A stretch of DNA of 63,895 nucleotides, the filler included, from Pirum gemmata (Eukaryota), in NCBI GenBank assembly GCA_002812295.1. It is 20 parts of 20 records of this genome, joined end to end, with 100 filler letters (N's around TTAATTAATTAA, not from the genome) between each part and the next. Parts side by side here need not be neighbours in the genome. Positions count along the whole stretch, not along the records: positions 37,117 to 40,030 come from PDIN01004017.1; positions 40,131 to 43,066 come from PDIN01004018.1; positions 43,167 to 46,106 come from PDIN01004019.1; positions 46,207 to 49,171 come from PDIN01004020.1; positions 49,272 to 55,105 come from PDIN01004021.1; 15 more parts are not named here. The stretch is one strand, 5' to 3'. Within the stretch, counting starts at the first letter, position 1. Each line of letters begins with the position of its first letter. The translations under genes and the position numbers were made by a program. This document shows, in pieces, positions 39,686-52,228 of the stretch. The notes beneath the pieces were generated by a model. That model was not told where the DNA came from. It saw nothing but the letters and a program-made list of their open reading frames with translations, and did not search any database.

Positions 39686-39736
<51 letters not shown>

Positions 39737-40131
39737 TAATGATAATAATAATAATAGTAGTAGTAGTAGTAGTATAACAGTAGACTACTAGTACCATTCA
39801 ATATTTTCTATTCTCCTATAAAAGTGTGGATTAATCTTTTGCTATCATATATGTATCATGGATATCATACATTCTTTTTTTGTGTTTTCGCTTGTCATTT
39901 TATAATAATGAAATGAAAGACTCGGAAGAAAAAATATCTGTATCAAAATTATGTATAAAAGCCAGAAAAATAAACAAGATCAAAACAAAATCAAAAACAA
40001 AATCAAAAACAAAAATAATAATAATAATAANNNNNNNNNNNNNNNNNNNNNNNNNNNNNNNNNNNNNNNNNNNNTTAATTAATTAANNNNNNNNNNNNNN
40101 NNNNNNNNNNNNNNNNNNNNNNNNNNNNNNA

Positions 40132-40308
40132 CAACAACAACAACAACAACAACAACAAGATGATTCCAAATCTTCAGCTGTAAGAACTAATTTGGGAAAA
40201 CAAAAACGAAAATATTCAGAACAGAAACACGATTCAGAATGTGTACGAACGCCTTTACGAAAGTCAACTAGAAAAAAAATATACAATGATCGTTACTTTG
40301 GTTCTTGA
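40132..40308 (+). CDS. 3' end of an unknown gene (polyQ, basic NLS-like tail)
   Basis: QQQQ...DDSKSSAVRTNLGKQKRKYSEQKHDSECVRTPLRKSTRKKIYNDRYFGS*, truncated at the contig start. Confidence 0.55.
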   Translation, partial: QQQQQQQQQDDSKSSAVRTNLGKQKRKYSEQKHDSECVRTPLRKSTRKKIYNDRYFGS

Positions 40309-40908
40309 TAGTAATAGTGCATCTTATTAATAATAAATGAACGAGTGAATAAAAAAGAAAAGTGAGTTGAGTTTTTTTAGTAGGGGTGAGATAATTATTA
40401 TTATATCTACTGGAACTTTTTTCGAACATATGCTTATCGAGCCAACCTTAGTTCTTGTTTTTTTTACTAATAATAGGAGTTAAATAACTTAATATAGTAA
40501 ATTTAATCATAGTAGATATCAATTAAAGTAAAAATATTAACATTAATGGTAATAAAACCATAAAAGTCGGAAAATCCATTTTATTTGGTATATTTTATTA
40601 TCTATTTATTCGTTTAAAAATGACAATTTGAATATTATAGTTTATAAAGGCTACTAAAAGCCCATCTGGAAGCCTCTTTTGTTAGTTTAGAGGGCTAAAA
40701 CTAACAAATACTATGTCTAGAACTAACAGGATAAGAACAATGAGTCTATATATTATTATTATAATTATTATTATTATTACTATTATTACTATTATTACTA
40801 TTATTATTATAATTATAATTATTATTATTAATATTTATTATTATAATTGTTTTATATATTATTATTAATATTTCTTAATATTATTATTTTGTTTATAAAA
40901 TAATAATA

Positions 40909-42904
40909 TTAACCATAAAAGGAAAAGTACATACTAAAAAGACACAATGAACCAGCTAATACAGTAGTAGTACTATCATTGGGTGTGTGTGTTGGTGGTT
41001 TGGGTGTTTTTGCTAGTGTTTTTGCTAGTGTTGGTTTTGGTGTTACATTTGCTTTAACTCCAGACTCTCTTGTTGGTATTTGTTGAGATTTAACTATACT
41101 AAATGCTGATCTCAGTTCTTTTTCTTTATCAGCATTACAGACCATGTCTTTATCTAGCGCATACTGGTTAGGTTTTAAGTAGTTGTTAAAGAAACCCCCC
41201 ATACCATCACGAAGTTCCTTTTGTACGCCCGCTTGATCTTGCTTCATGATTTTAAAATAAATCATACCTTTAAGATTATCAGGTATATATATATTTCCAA
41301 AGTAGTTACACATTTCGTTATTGGTAGCGAAACCGTTATAAATAGGTTCATCGTGAGATTTGTAGACACAATGTTGAGTCAACACTGTATCTTTGTAAAT
41401 TCTTTGGGATTTGGTGTCATTTTGTGGAAATACAAATTGGTAGGGCTCAAGGTATTCATAATCATCATAACATGCAATCATCGTTTTATCATTTGTGTGG
41501 TTAGTACGAGTGAGTGTGGTCCACGCTTTTTGCAATTTACCGTGACCATGTACAAAAGATTGAAAAATTTCCAGTCCTTCTTCTGGTATTAAATGACGCA
41601 CTTCTTCCGCTATGTTATAACTAAATACGTGTTCAAAGTAATCAGTGTTAGCGGGTACTGTAAAAGCAGTTCCATCATAATAATAATCTCTGTTAAATTC
41701 TTTTCCCAAAAGAGATAAACCTGATGTTCCATTTGTCCATTTGTCTGTGTTTTTAGCGACGAATTGTTCATATATGGTTGCATTGGGAGTTAAACTACTT
41801 AATGCAGCAATACCAGAACCTATTTTAAAATCTTTCGGTGCATTTTTAGCAGGAACTAAACCTAGCTGCAAAGCAGAGTTATCAATTAAGTGTTCTTCTT
41901 TTTTTGGGTTGTTATAGTGAGTTTCCAAGACTAAAACGGAGTAATACTCTGGGGCGATTACACTACCTTGGCCATTGGCTTCACACATTTTTTGTTGCCC
42001 GGTCTGGAAACCTGAAAGCGTATAACACCCCTCATTTATAAATGCTCTTTCTATCTCCCAACCAACCAACTTTTCAACTTTGTGACCTTTAGGACATGCG
42101 TGAACAATCGCATGATGATGATAACCAATATTATCAATGATAGCTTCACCTGAAGTTACATAATGGGGTTCAGTGGAGCCAAGAAATTCTGTTAAATTCA
42201 TATAGCGAAAAATATAAGTCGTTTCTTGAGCAGGAATTGCAAAGTTTTTTGTTAAGCTTACATTTTTATAAAAATGACCAGGATATTGGATTTCATTGAG
42301 ACAATCTCTTTGTCCTCTTTCTTCAGTAGTGATTGCATCGCTTTGTTCTGATGGTGAAGGATGTGAACCTGGGTTGGCAATGGAAGGGTCAGTAATACCC
42401 TGAGCCGGGTTAGGATTTGGGTCGCCTTCATTCCATTTACAATCAGGATCACCTAACTCCGCACCGTTGGATATTTTATCTCCATCGGAATCTTTCTCGC
42501 AAAATGTTTTAGTCCATTTATACCCAGCGGCAGCAAAATCTTTTCCGAATTGATTATTCGCGACTTTTTTATCATCCACGTGACTAATAATGTTATTATT
42601 ATTATTATAATATATAATATAAAATAATCAAAAAATTAAAAAATTAATTTAAAAGATATTGATATTTTTGAATATTTTACATGGCATTGTGCAATGATTT
42701 CAACAAAAATAATATTATAATTATTTTTAAAATATTTAATAGTTATATAGTATATTATAACAATAAAAATAAGTAATTATAAACATACCCTAGTTTCACG
42801 TGGTTAGGAAATCCATTACCATTTGGGATTTTAGAAGGGTACCCTGGTCGAGCATTAGCCAATTCAATTTGCATTAACAAAGCAGGTAAAAGTAGAAACA
42901 TCAT
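40909..42904 (-). CDS. Secreted, probably GPI-anchored temptin-domain + copper type II ascorbate-dependent monooxygenase (DBH/MOXD1/PHM-like)
   Basis: Exon 1 42904-42789 (signal peptide, IPNG) and exon 2 42583-40909 join at a phase-2 GT-AG intron. It has a temptin-like motif (GH...NQFGKDF...WT..FC..DSDGD..SNG.ELGDPDCKW), Cu ligands HHH, ETHYNNP, HGH and NEMC, a T/P-rich stalk and a hydrophobic C-terminus. Confidence 0.9.
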
Positions 42905-42941
42905 TTTTGGTTTTTGTTTTGTTTGTTTGTTTTTTAGTTTA

Positions 42942-42972
<31 letters not shown>

Positions 42973-43201
42973 GTTGGTTTTTTTTTTGTTTATATTTTGA
43001 TAGAAACCTATTGTGGAGACCATTTATATACTTTTGGTGTTCAAAGTTCAAACCCAAAAACAACAANNNNNNNNNNNNNNNNNNNNNNNNNNNNNNNNNN
43101 NNNNNNNNNNTTAATTAATTAANNNNNNNNNNNNNNNNNNNNNNNNNNNNNNNNNNNNNNNNNNNNTTGTTTGTTTGTTTGTTTGTTTGATCTCTTACTA
43201 G

Positions 43202-43949
43202 GATCACGATGAAGACCTATCTGAAGATGGTGAAAGTGGTTCTGAGGATGATGATAGTAGCTCTGAAGAGGAAAGCGATGAAGAAAGCGAAGGCGAAAAA
43301 AGGAAAAGCTCTAGAACTAAACGTGCTGCTGTTGATGCTGCAGAAGATGATGCCGCAGAAGCAACAAGGTAAAAAATGTTTTTAAGTTTTTGGTGTTAGG
43401 GTAGGTTTAGGGTTAGGAAATAAAAGGGAATGTTAACGAATAACAACGTTTACCACGTGCAAGTAAATGCAAATGGCAAAATCGTGGTGAGCGGGAATAA
43501 AAATAAGAAATGAGAATGTGGATAAAATAATAAAACTTTTAATATCTTTAACTCTATGATAATATAAGGGTTATAAGGGTGTGTATGTGTGTATGCGCTT
43601 TTATTATTAAAAATTCCCTTCTATCTGTATGTGTGTGTTTTTTTTAAAGCTTTATTTTTACTTTAATTTTTTACGTCAACAACAACAATGCAGGTTTGAA
43701 AAGTCAAAACGTAACAAAACACAAGAGGACGACATGCCTTCAGATATAGAATTGGATCAAGTTAGATTTCTAGAGTTCCAAAAAGCTCTTAACGCAGTGT
43801 TTGGCAATGAACCCCACGTGCAGAAATCTGACGCAATCGTACAACTTCAACAATACAACTTCACAGAGTTAGAAGTCAACAATATGTTACAAGTATTACA
43901 TAAGGAAGAAAAAATATATGTTCATGGTGATGATATTTTCCGAGTGTAA
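43202..43949 (+). CDS. MCM3: MCM3 C-terminus (acidic linker + winged-helix), last two exons
   Basis: Exons 43202-43368 and 43694-43949 (phase 2). ELDQVRFLEFQKALNAVF...FTELEVNNMLQVLHKEEKIYVHGDDIFRV* matches the MCM3 C-terminal pattern after an acidic disordered region. Confidence 0.8.
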
Positions 43950-45427
43950 TTTGCCTTCTCACAAGGGGTGACAAGTGATTGGATGACGTCACTATAATAT
44001 ATATGTAGAATAGAATTTTTCATTATAGCGAAAAGGAGTAGTGGCGTATACATCCAACTAAAAAAGATGTTCATGATGATGATATTTTCAGAGTTTAATT
44101 GCCCTTCTCACAGCTTGAAAAAGCCTATAAAAGAATGAACTTAAAATCTGACCATGACGATATTACTTTTCTTAATTTTCTTTTTCTTTTTTTTATTTTA
44201 CTAATATTTTTATTATCATTTATCATTTATCATTGCCATTATTATTATTAAATTATACAGTGTATTTGTCACAATTTTCTTTGCAATGTACCTTTTTTAA
44301 ATGTTTTTGTACTCCATTCAATAAGTAAATAAAAGAAAGCAAAACAACATCGAATTTTCAAAACTTGGAACATCAAATATTCTCTTTTATTTTAAGCATA
44401 AGGACTTCGCAATGCTAGATTGTTAGCATAAGGGAGCGGTCATAAATGACTTCACTCCTTATTTTAATTATTATTCCAATAGATGCATTTCTAGGATGCA
44501 TTTAATAACAAAAAACATGATATATTCAATAACACTAAACAAACAAGCCAAAAATACATCATGAAAAATCAGAATATTAATATCTATTATATAAATATAT
44601 ATATATAGCAAAAAAACGGTTATATAACCTTGATAGAAATTTGCCATTCTTAATTTTAGATTTTGGTATTGTTTTAATTACCATTGTTTCTTACAGAATA
44701 TTTTAAATGTTTTTAGAAATCATCTTTATTATTATTATTATATATATAAAGGAATTTAAGACGCCTGGCACTCTTATTTATGATACACAATTCATACATA
44801 TAAGAGTGCCAGAATGTACCAGGTGTCTTAAATTTCTTGTATATCTATATATAAACCCCCTTGCATGTCACTATTTCGTCAAGAAAAAAAGAAAGAAATA
44901 CTATTGTGAAAAGGATCGAAAGGGTTTATTAATTTCAAACTTTAATTATCTTTTTAATTTAAGACAATTAATCCTTTCGTAAGGTTTTTTTTTACCTATG
45001 TTACGTCATCACTATGACCAAAATCAGTAAGGTGAGGTGATTAATTGTAAGTATAAAAATTATTAAAAAATTGTTTAAATTGAAGGATATCATTATAAGT
45101 CTCCCCGATAGGCGAATATTAAAACGAAAATCTCCAACAGAACTCATCATTTACGATGCACATATACATTTCTATATGTTATATCGAACATTTTCGAACC
45201 TATTTAGTAATAATGAGCCTTAAAAAACAATAGTATCTGCAACTACAATATTCTAGTTTTTTGCTTGGAAAATGCACAAGGACAGCAAGCCCGAAAATGC
45301 AACACTCGGGTGAACCTAGATACTAATGGTCTTAAAATTATTTTAATCAAATACTGAATACATATTTATATTCCCAAGAAAAAAGTGTTCCAGTAAAATT
45401 AAAAAAAAATTTTAAAAAATTTAAAAA

Positions 45428-45741
45428 TTAAACGGCTAAACGCATTTCTTGCATATGAGAAGTAATGTAATTTGAAGATTCTAAACTCGAAGATATTTTA
45501 TCGTCGTCAATTTTAGTACTGTTTATACTTTCATTGTCAATAGAATCATTCCCATTAAAGTTCAGTACATCAATGCTAGAAGCTTCTTCTTCACTGGATG
45601 GTGACGGTGCAGTATTTGTTTTAAGAGGTAGATTTAACTGGGTATTGTTGATATTTACTTTATCAGTTGCAAACTTTTCACTACGTTGTTGATCAAACGA
45701 ATGAAGGTTAACAACGTCTATATCATCGTCATCGTCATCAC
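45428..45741 (-). CDS. Terminal exon of an unknown gene convergent with MCM3
   Basis: Polypyrimidine + TTCTAG acceptor followed by a stop-free ~104-codon acidic/Ser-rich frame DDDDDIDVVNLHSFDQQRSEKF...MQEMRLAV*. Confidence 0.65.
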
Positions 45742-47348
45742 CTAGAATAAAAATACCAGGAAAAAAAAGAAAAAAAAAATGAAATTATAATTAATTATAA
45801 GTAAAGTTAAGTTCAAAATCAAAAATGAAACTTAAGTAAAATTGGTATCCATAGTCATTAATAGCGTCATAATTCTAAAAATAATTGATCATATCAATAA
45901 ATAAATTCGTAAACGTATCAGTAAAACAATAAAACCACACTGTGATTAATAATTACACTAGCAATAACAATAATACTAATAATGAAGATAATAATAATAA
46001 TAATAATAATAATTTTATTTATTAATTTGATCTCTTACTAGGATCACGATGAAGACCTATCTGAAGATGGTGAAAGTGGTTCTGAGGATGATGATAGTAG
46101 CTCTGANNNNNNNNNNNNNNNNNNNNNNNNNNNNNNNNNNNNNNNNNNNNTTAATTAATTAANNNNNNNNNNNNNNNNNNNNNNNNNNNNNNNNNNNNNN
46201 NNNNNNAAACTAGCAAAACTAGCTAGTTTGCCCTAGTTTACCCTAGTTTTGCTAAATAGCCTTTCCTAGAAACACCAAACATTTTCGATTTTCTTTTTTT
46301 TGAGAAATCGAGTTTTTTGCCAAAATTAGTAAAATCGGCTAAATAGGTTTAAAGTATAAAAAGTATATATACGGTATAGTACTGAGATCCAAATAGATAC
46401 AAAAACCTTTCGGCCCGATCGGATTTATATAGCTATATTACATTTACAAGTATTTATAAATCTACAATCTATCAAATAGAGCTTTAGAGATAGAACAACA
46501 CTACAACAAACTACAACGTATCATAGCTAAACTACGGCTCGGTTTCTTTTTTTTTTTTCTTTTTTTATATCATACTCGGTCTGACTAAGTTCACAACTTC
46601 ACACTCCTAGACTATCTATTTATTATCGATATATAAAAATTTAATATCGTGATAATAAGTGGTGAGTTAGCTCTATCTAGCTATCGATAGCTACTAGTAG
46701 CTAGCTACTACTAGCTAGCTAGTATGATAGTGAGTATGATAGTATTATATCTGTGGGGGGCATTGAGGTCTATGATACATAGACTAGTCTACTAAGTTAT
46801 TGATACTACTAGCTAGCTAGCTGGATACTGTATTGATAGATGATACCTCTAGCTAGCTAGTAGCTAACTAGCTGTATATAAATGATAGAGTAGAGCTCTA
46901 GCTAGCTAGTAGAGCTGGTCTACTAGCTATCATAGCTACTAGCTAGTAGCTACTACTAGTCTAGCTAGTAGACAAGTCAGGTAGACCAGTAAAAAGTGAG
47001 CCGCCCAGTCAAATTTTTCTTTATTTTGGTAACCGGTAACCAAACATGGTGTTTTTTGGTAAATTAGAAAAAAACTGCTAAATAAAGTATGGGTAAAACT
47101 GTAATTATCTCAGTATTAGACTGTAGATGTTGTCTAACCCTAACAGTTTCACAGCCATAGTAGCCAGCGGCCAGCCCTAATTTCGATTCGTGATTCGTGC
47201 TAGATTCGTGTGATAGAAATTCGAGTTGAGTCGAATTGGCTAAAATTGCGCGCNGGTATTTGAAGCTGTATTTGACCGCTCCCTAATCCTGATTCATAGA
47301 AAAGAGTAGAAATATAGTAGAAAAGAGATGAAAAAAAAAAAAAAAATG

Positions 47349-47406
<58 letters not shown>

Positions 47407-48682
47407 AAAAAACGTCCGACTTTGGGTTTCACTAGATTTTTCAGTTTTCGAACATAAGTAATTTAATAGCTCTTTAATAGGTTTGAAATTATCGAACATA
47501 GATGTTTACACTTTACTGTGTGGGTTGTGTGCTTTTCATTTATTTTGTCACTCTTGATAGGGTTATAATCTTCAAACTGACATTTTAATTAAAGTCAATA
47601 TACAGATAATAAAATATACCAAATTAAATAGATTTATATTATATTAAAATTTGGTACTATTTATTATATATTTTATGATGACAAAACAACTGAAAAGCAC
47701 TGTAGACTATAGACTACCAAGGACTGCTATGCTACCACTACCACTACTGATTATCATTTTAATTAACGTTATTTTTTAACTTTTAAAATTATAATACTAT
47801 TAATATATATATTAATTGTTATATTATAATTATGAAGCTAGCGCTAAAATCTACTTTTACTACCAACTATAGCTAGTGCACAAATTACCAGTACAATCAC
47901 TACAATATATATACTACTAATTAAAATTAATAATAATTATATATATTACATTTTAATACTGTTTGGATTACTACTACAACTAATATTGTAAGTAGAAATA
48001 ACTAACTTCTATCAATAAATATAAATAAATATATTTGCACTTTTACTATTATTATACTTTAAATTTTCCTAACCATTGCTACTATGGTATCAACAACAAT
48101 TTAAATAATCCCTTTTTTGATCTGCATAAAAACGAAATAAAAATGGACAAAAAAAAAAAAAAAAAAAGTATTATATAATAATAACTAAATGTAGAATAAA
48201 AACTAGCACAAAGCAACTAGAAGTTGGGAACTTTAATTAACATGATTAAAAACTAAGTTTTAAAAAAAAAGACTGGTAAGACATAAAAAGGGTAAATTAT
48301 TATTAACACCTCTTGATAATAATAGTTTTTTGATTTTTAGTCCTTTTTTTTTATTCATAGTTTTTTTTATTTTGGTTATATTATCCACTTATCATAATTA
48401 TCTACTCTAGATTTTATTCTCTAATAATAATTTTTTATAGGCTATTTATAATTATATTGCTACTATTAGCTACTACTTGTGTTGTACAATATCATGTGTT
48501 TATTTTATTATTTATAAGAGTAATTGTGGCGAGCCTGCTCAAAGTTTCGAGCTAGACTACTATCATATATGATAGTTATGTCTAAAAAGGATTATTCTAA
48601 GTTCGTTTTTATTTCAATAAAATCGAGCTCAAATTGTATTGCTTTTTTTGGTCACCGATCGATCATTGAAAAAAAGCAATTT

Positions 48683-48735
<53 letters not shown>

Positions 48736-50063
48736 TTTTTTTAAAAAAAAAAGAATTTTGATTGAGCAGTGTTTTTGATTCGCTAACTAACAAACACATA
48801 ATTTTTTATTTATTTATAAATTCAAGAAGTATGGAAGAAGACTGGAAGAAGTGGACTAAAAAAACTACTAAAAAGTGGAAGAAGAAAAACCAAATTTTAA
48901 ATTCTGTCAAAATTAAACATACCAAATTAAATATAAATGCGTAAATAGATAGATCTTATTATTTTTATTTTTAATAACAAAAAATACCAAAAAGACTAAT
49001 GATGGACCATTACCCCTCCACATTGCTGGGGCATTGTTAGAGACTTGTTAGAGGCATTTTAAAAAAATTTTAAAAAAAATTTTAAAAATTTTTTTTTATT
49101 CGTTAGCAAAAATTTGAAAAGAATTTTTGATTGGGTGCACAAAAAATACTTTTTTTTTTTTTTTTTTTTTTNNNNNNNNNNNNNNNNNNNNNNNNNNNNN
49201 NNNNNNNNNNNNNNNTTAATTAATTAANNNNNNNNNNNNNNNNNNNNNNNNNNNNNNNNNNNNNNNNNNNNAATAATAATAATAATAATCAAAACCATGC
49301 TCATATTAGACCATAATTCTATGCTAGTAAATCAAATCTATCTAGTTAGGTAATTCTATGGTTATGTTCATACTGCATATTCATATGTAAATGTAATAAT
49401 AATTTATAAAATTTTAATAATAATTATATTGTCGAGTGTAAGGGTCTTTGTGTCAAATCCAAAATTTAAATTTATATTTTTATTTTTTTTAAAAAAAACT
49501 TCTTTTCTAAAAAATTAAAAAAAAAAAAAAAATGTTCTAGCCAAGTTATTATTTTGAAACTGGCCATTGGTTCTTAATAAGGCCTCTTAATAATAGAGTT
49601 TTCTTAGTTGGACGATTTCTGAAATTTTCATAGGTAGACTACTTTCATTAAAATTGGAGGTAAAATCGATAATTAGAGCTATAATTAGTTAGATTTTGAG
49701 CGGATTTTTTAAAAAAAGAGTAAAAAAAGTCTCATAAATAAAAAATAAAAATTACGTACTTTAGTCATATTGGTTATTTAAAAAAAGGAACTTTTTTTTT
49801 TAATGTCCACTGTCCCAGTCCACTGTCCAGCTGCCTCGGTCTACCTCAGTTTACCACTAGTAGTAACAGTCTGTTTATTGTTTATTGTTTATTGTTTATT
49901 GTTTATTGTTTATTGTTTATTGTTTATTGTCTACCACAGTCTACCGGTCTACGCCAGAAATGTCCTTTTGGAATCAGCTCTGTGAGCCTCTATCTAAATA
50001 GTGTGTCTTCATAATAATATGATACCTGGATTTGGTTATGAACCTTTTTCTTCTACTAGAAAC

Positions 50064-50204
50064 GGAGCGTTCTAGGGGTGAGGCCAAAGGGTAGGTAGGT
50101 AGGTGGTATTTGACCGGAAATTAACGTCGAGGGGTAGGTAGGTATGGGGTATTTGAAGCTGTATTTGACCTGAAATTGGCGTTACGTAGTATTTGAACGC
50201 TCCC
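50064..50204. mobile_element. MITE family B (~145 bp, TIR GGGAGCGTTCAAATA; PIF/Harbinger-like); representative copy
   Basis: Copies at ~1800-1930, 20055-20137, 26402-26527, 56516-56630, 61672-61787 and 62093-62212. Intact ends abut TAA/TTA (TAAGGGAGC; GCTCCCTTA), as in Harbinger/Tourist elements; internal GGTAGGTAGGTA subrepeats. Confidence 0.85.
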
Positions 50205-50483
50205 AAGGATAAAAGAAATGTGAAAATAAGATCATACATTCTATTTGCGCAATACGTGATATTGGTCCAATCTATAGATAGAACTCTGATAGAACTCTGA
50301 GAAAGGGATGATAGAATCATAGAACTAGTAGATAGAAGTTCATAAAACTCTTATTTCTTCTTTAGTTGAGGAAATTACTGGAAAACCCCGACTGGTTGTT
50401 ATTGGGATTTGGAACGACTCTGTTGACTCCTCAGATTGACTCTTATTGACTCTAGGTTGTATTTATAGATGGTCTTCGCCTTG

Positions 50484-50827
50484 GTCAGGCAAGGTCCGTC
50501 GGACAAAGCACTTTTTCAATGTCCGCCCGACGTCGGACAAGTCCGAAATTTTTAAGGACGTCCGGGCATTTGGTCGGTTGGGCCCGAAATTTTTCTCGGA
50601 CAAAAATCCAAAAATGCTTACTAATTAACTTGTCCAAGTTTTAGGGTTAGGGTTAGTTAGGGTTAGGGTAAATAGGGAAAAAATCCCCTATTAAAATTCA
50701 CGAAATATTGGGACCCGAAAGCAAAGTTTTTTCGGGGCCCGACTTTTTATTTATCGGACCGGAAAGGACATGTCCGACGAAGGGCCGGACCGGGCGGACT
50801 CGGACCAGAAGGAAGGTTGGACCTGAC
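50484..50827. mobile_element. Non-autonomous TIR element with GC-rich subterminal GTCCG/CGGAC repeats (hAT-like)
   Basis: Ends GTCAGG...CCTGAC, with multiple subterminal GTCCG/CGGAC motifs and a short TTAGGG tract in the AT-rich middle. Confidence 0.6.
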
Positions 50828-52182
50828 ATCTCTGGGTCAGTACACCCGGATCCAGGTTGTTATTTTAAAAAAAAAAATAAACCACTGTGCCACATTTAGC
50901 ACTCATTTAGCTATCATACAGTATGTATCGTCTATTTCATTACAGTTGTCCTTTCTATCTTAAATTTAGTACCGTTCAATTGTATAATTGAACTTTTTTA
51001 TAAATATAAAATTACTATATAAAATATCAAATTAATTAAAACATGACCAATTAATTATATAATTTGGTAAGCTTATTTCGGTTTTTGAACTGGACAAACA
51101 ACACTATTGAAAAACACCCCTACTAGTCTACTAGTAGCTAGCTAGCTAGTCGACCCCCAGATCTGTAGAGATGTTTATTACAAAAGAGTGGTCTATGGAT
51201 CCTTTATGATAGTTTGTTTAGTTGTATCATAAATATAATAAATTGTGCTTTTCGTTTATTTTGTCACTCCGAATATTTATTTGGAGGGTTATAATCTTTA
51301 AATTGACAATTTTAAATCAATATACAGATAATAAAATATACCAAATTAGATTAAATGAGTTTATATTATATTAATTTGGTACTATTTATTGTATACTTTA
51401 TAATGACAAAACAACTGAAAAGCACTATACCTTTTATAATATAATCTTTACATGAATAGTCTGAATAGTATATGAATATACACCGTATTAATACAACTAG
51501 CTACGCACAACATATCATGCACTGTGCAAGTAATAATATGAAGGAATGGGTGGCGCGCCGGGGCGGACACACCTTTACATGAATAGTATGATATATGAAT
51601 ATACACCGTACAACATACACTGTGCAAGTAATAATAATAATTATAGTATTTATAACATTATCATAATTATCATAATTAGTAATTACAAGACATGCTGTTC
51701 CAAACCCCTCGAATGAGTCGGAATGACTTTTTCGTCGAAGAAATAATCTCGATTGAAGTTATTAGCGAAATTTTGCACTATTGGGGGGGTCTTAAAATTG
51801 GAAGAATATTCAGTCGCTACTGACTACTACATTTAGTATCTAGCTCGAATATTTCACCACTACCTAGTCAATTATTAATCAAACATAAAATTAATCCATT
51901 ATTAATGCATTATTATTATCAATCCATTATTTAACAATACAACAAGGTATGAAAACAAAAGTGCATTACTTGCTATTTCTTTCTCTGAAACTGGATTTGT
52001 TATGATCCTTTTTCTGACCATGCTCATTCATTAATTAAGAGTGTAACGTTCTAATCAGTATCATATCGTGCTTTTCAGTTGTTTTGTCATTATAAAATAT
52101 ACAATAAAGAGTACCAAATTAATACCATATAAATCAATTTCATTTAATTTGGTATATTATATTATNNNNNNNNNNNNNNNNN

Positions 52183-52228
<46 letters not shown>

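Noticed and set aside
41221..41592. 123-aa plus-strand ORF (also 15851-16072 and 22049-22372)
   Set aside because: Antisense shadows of real minus-strand coding sequence.
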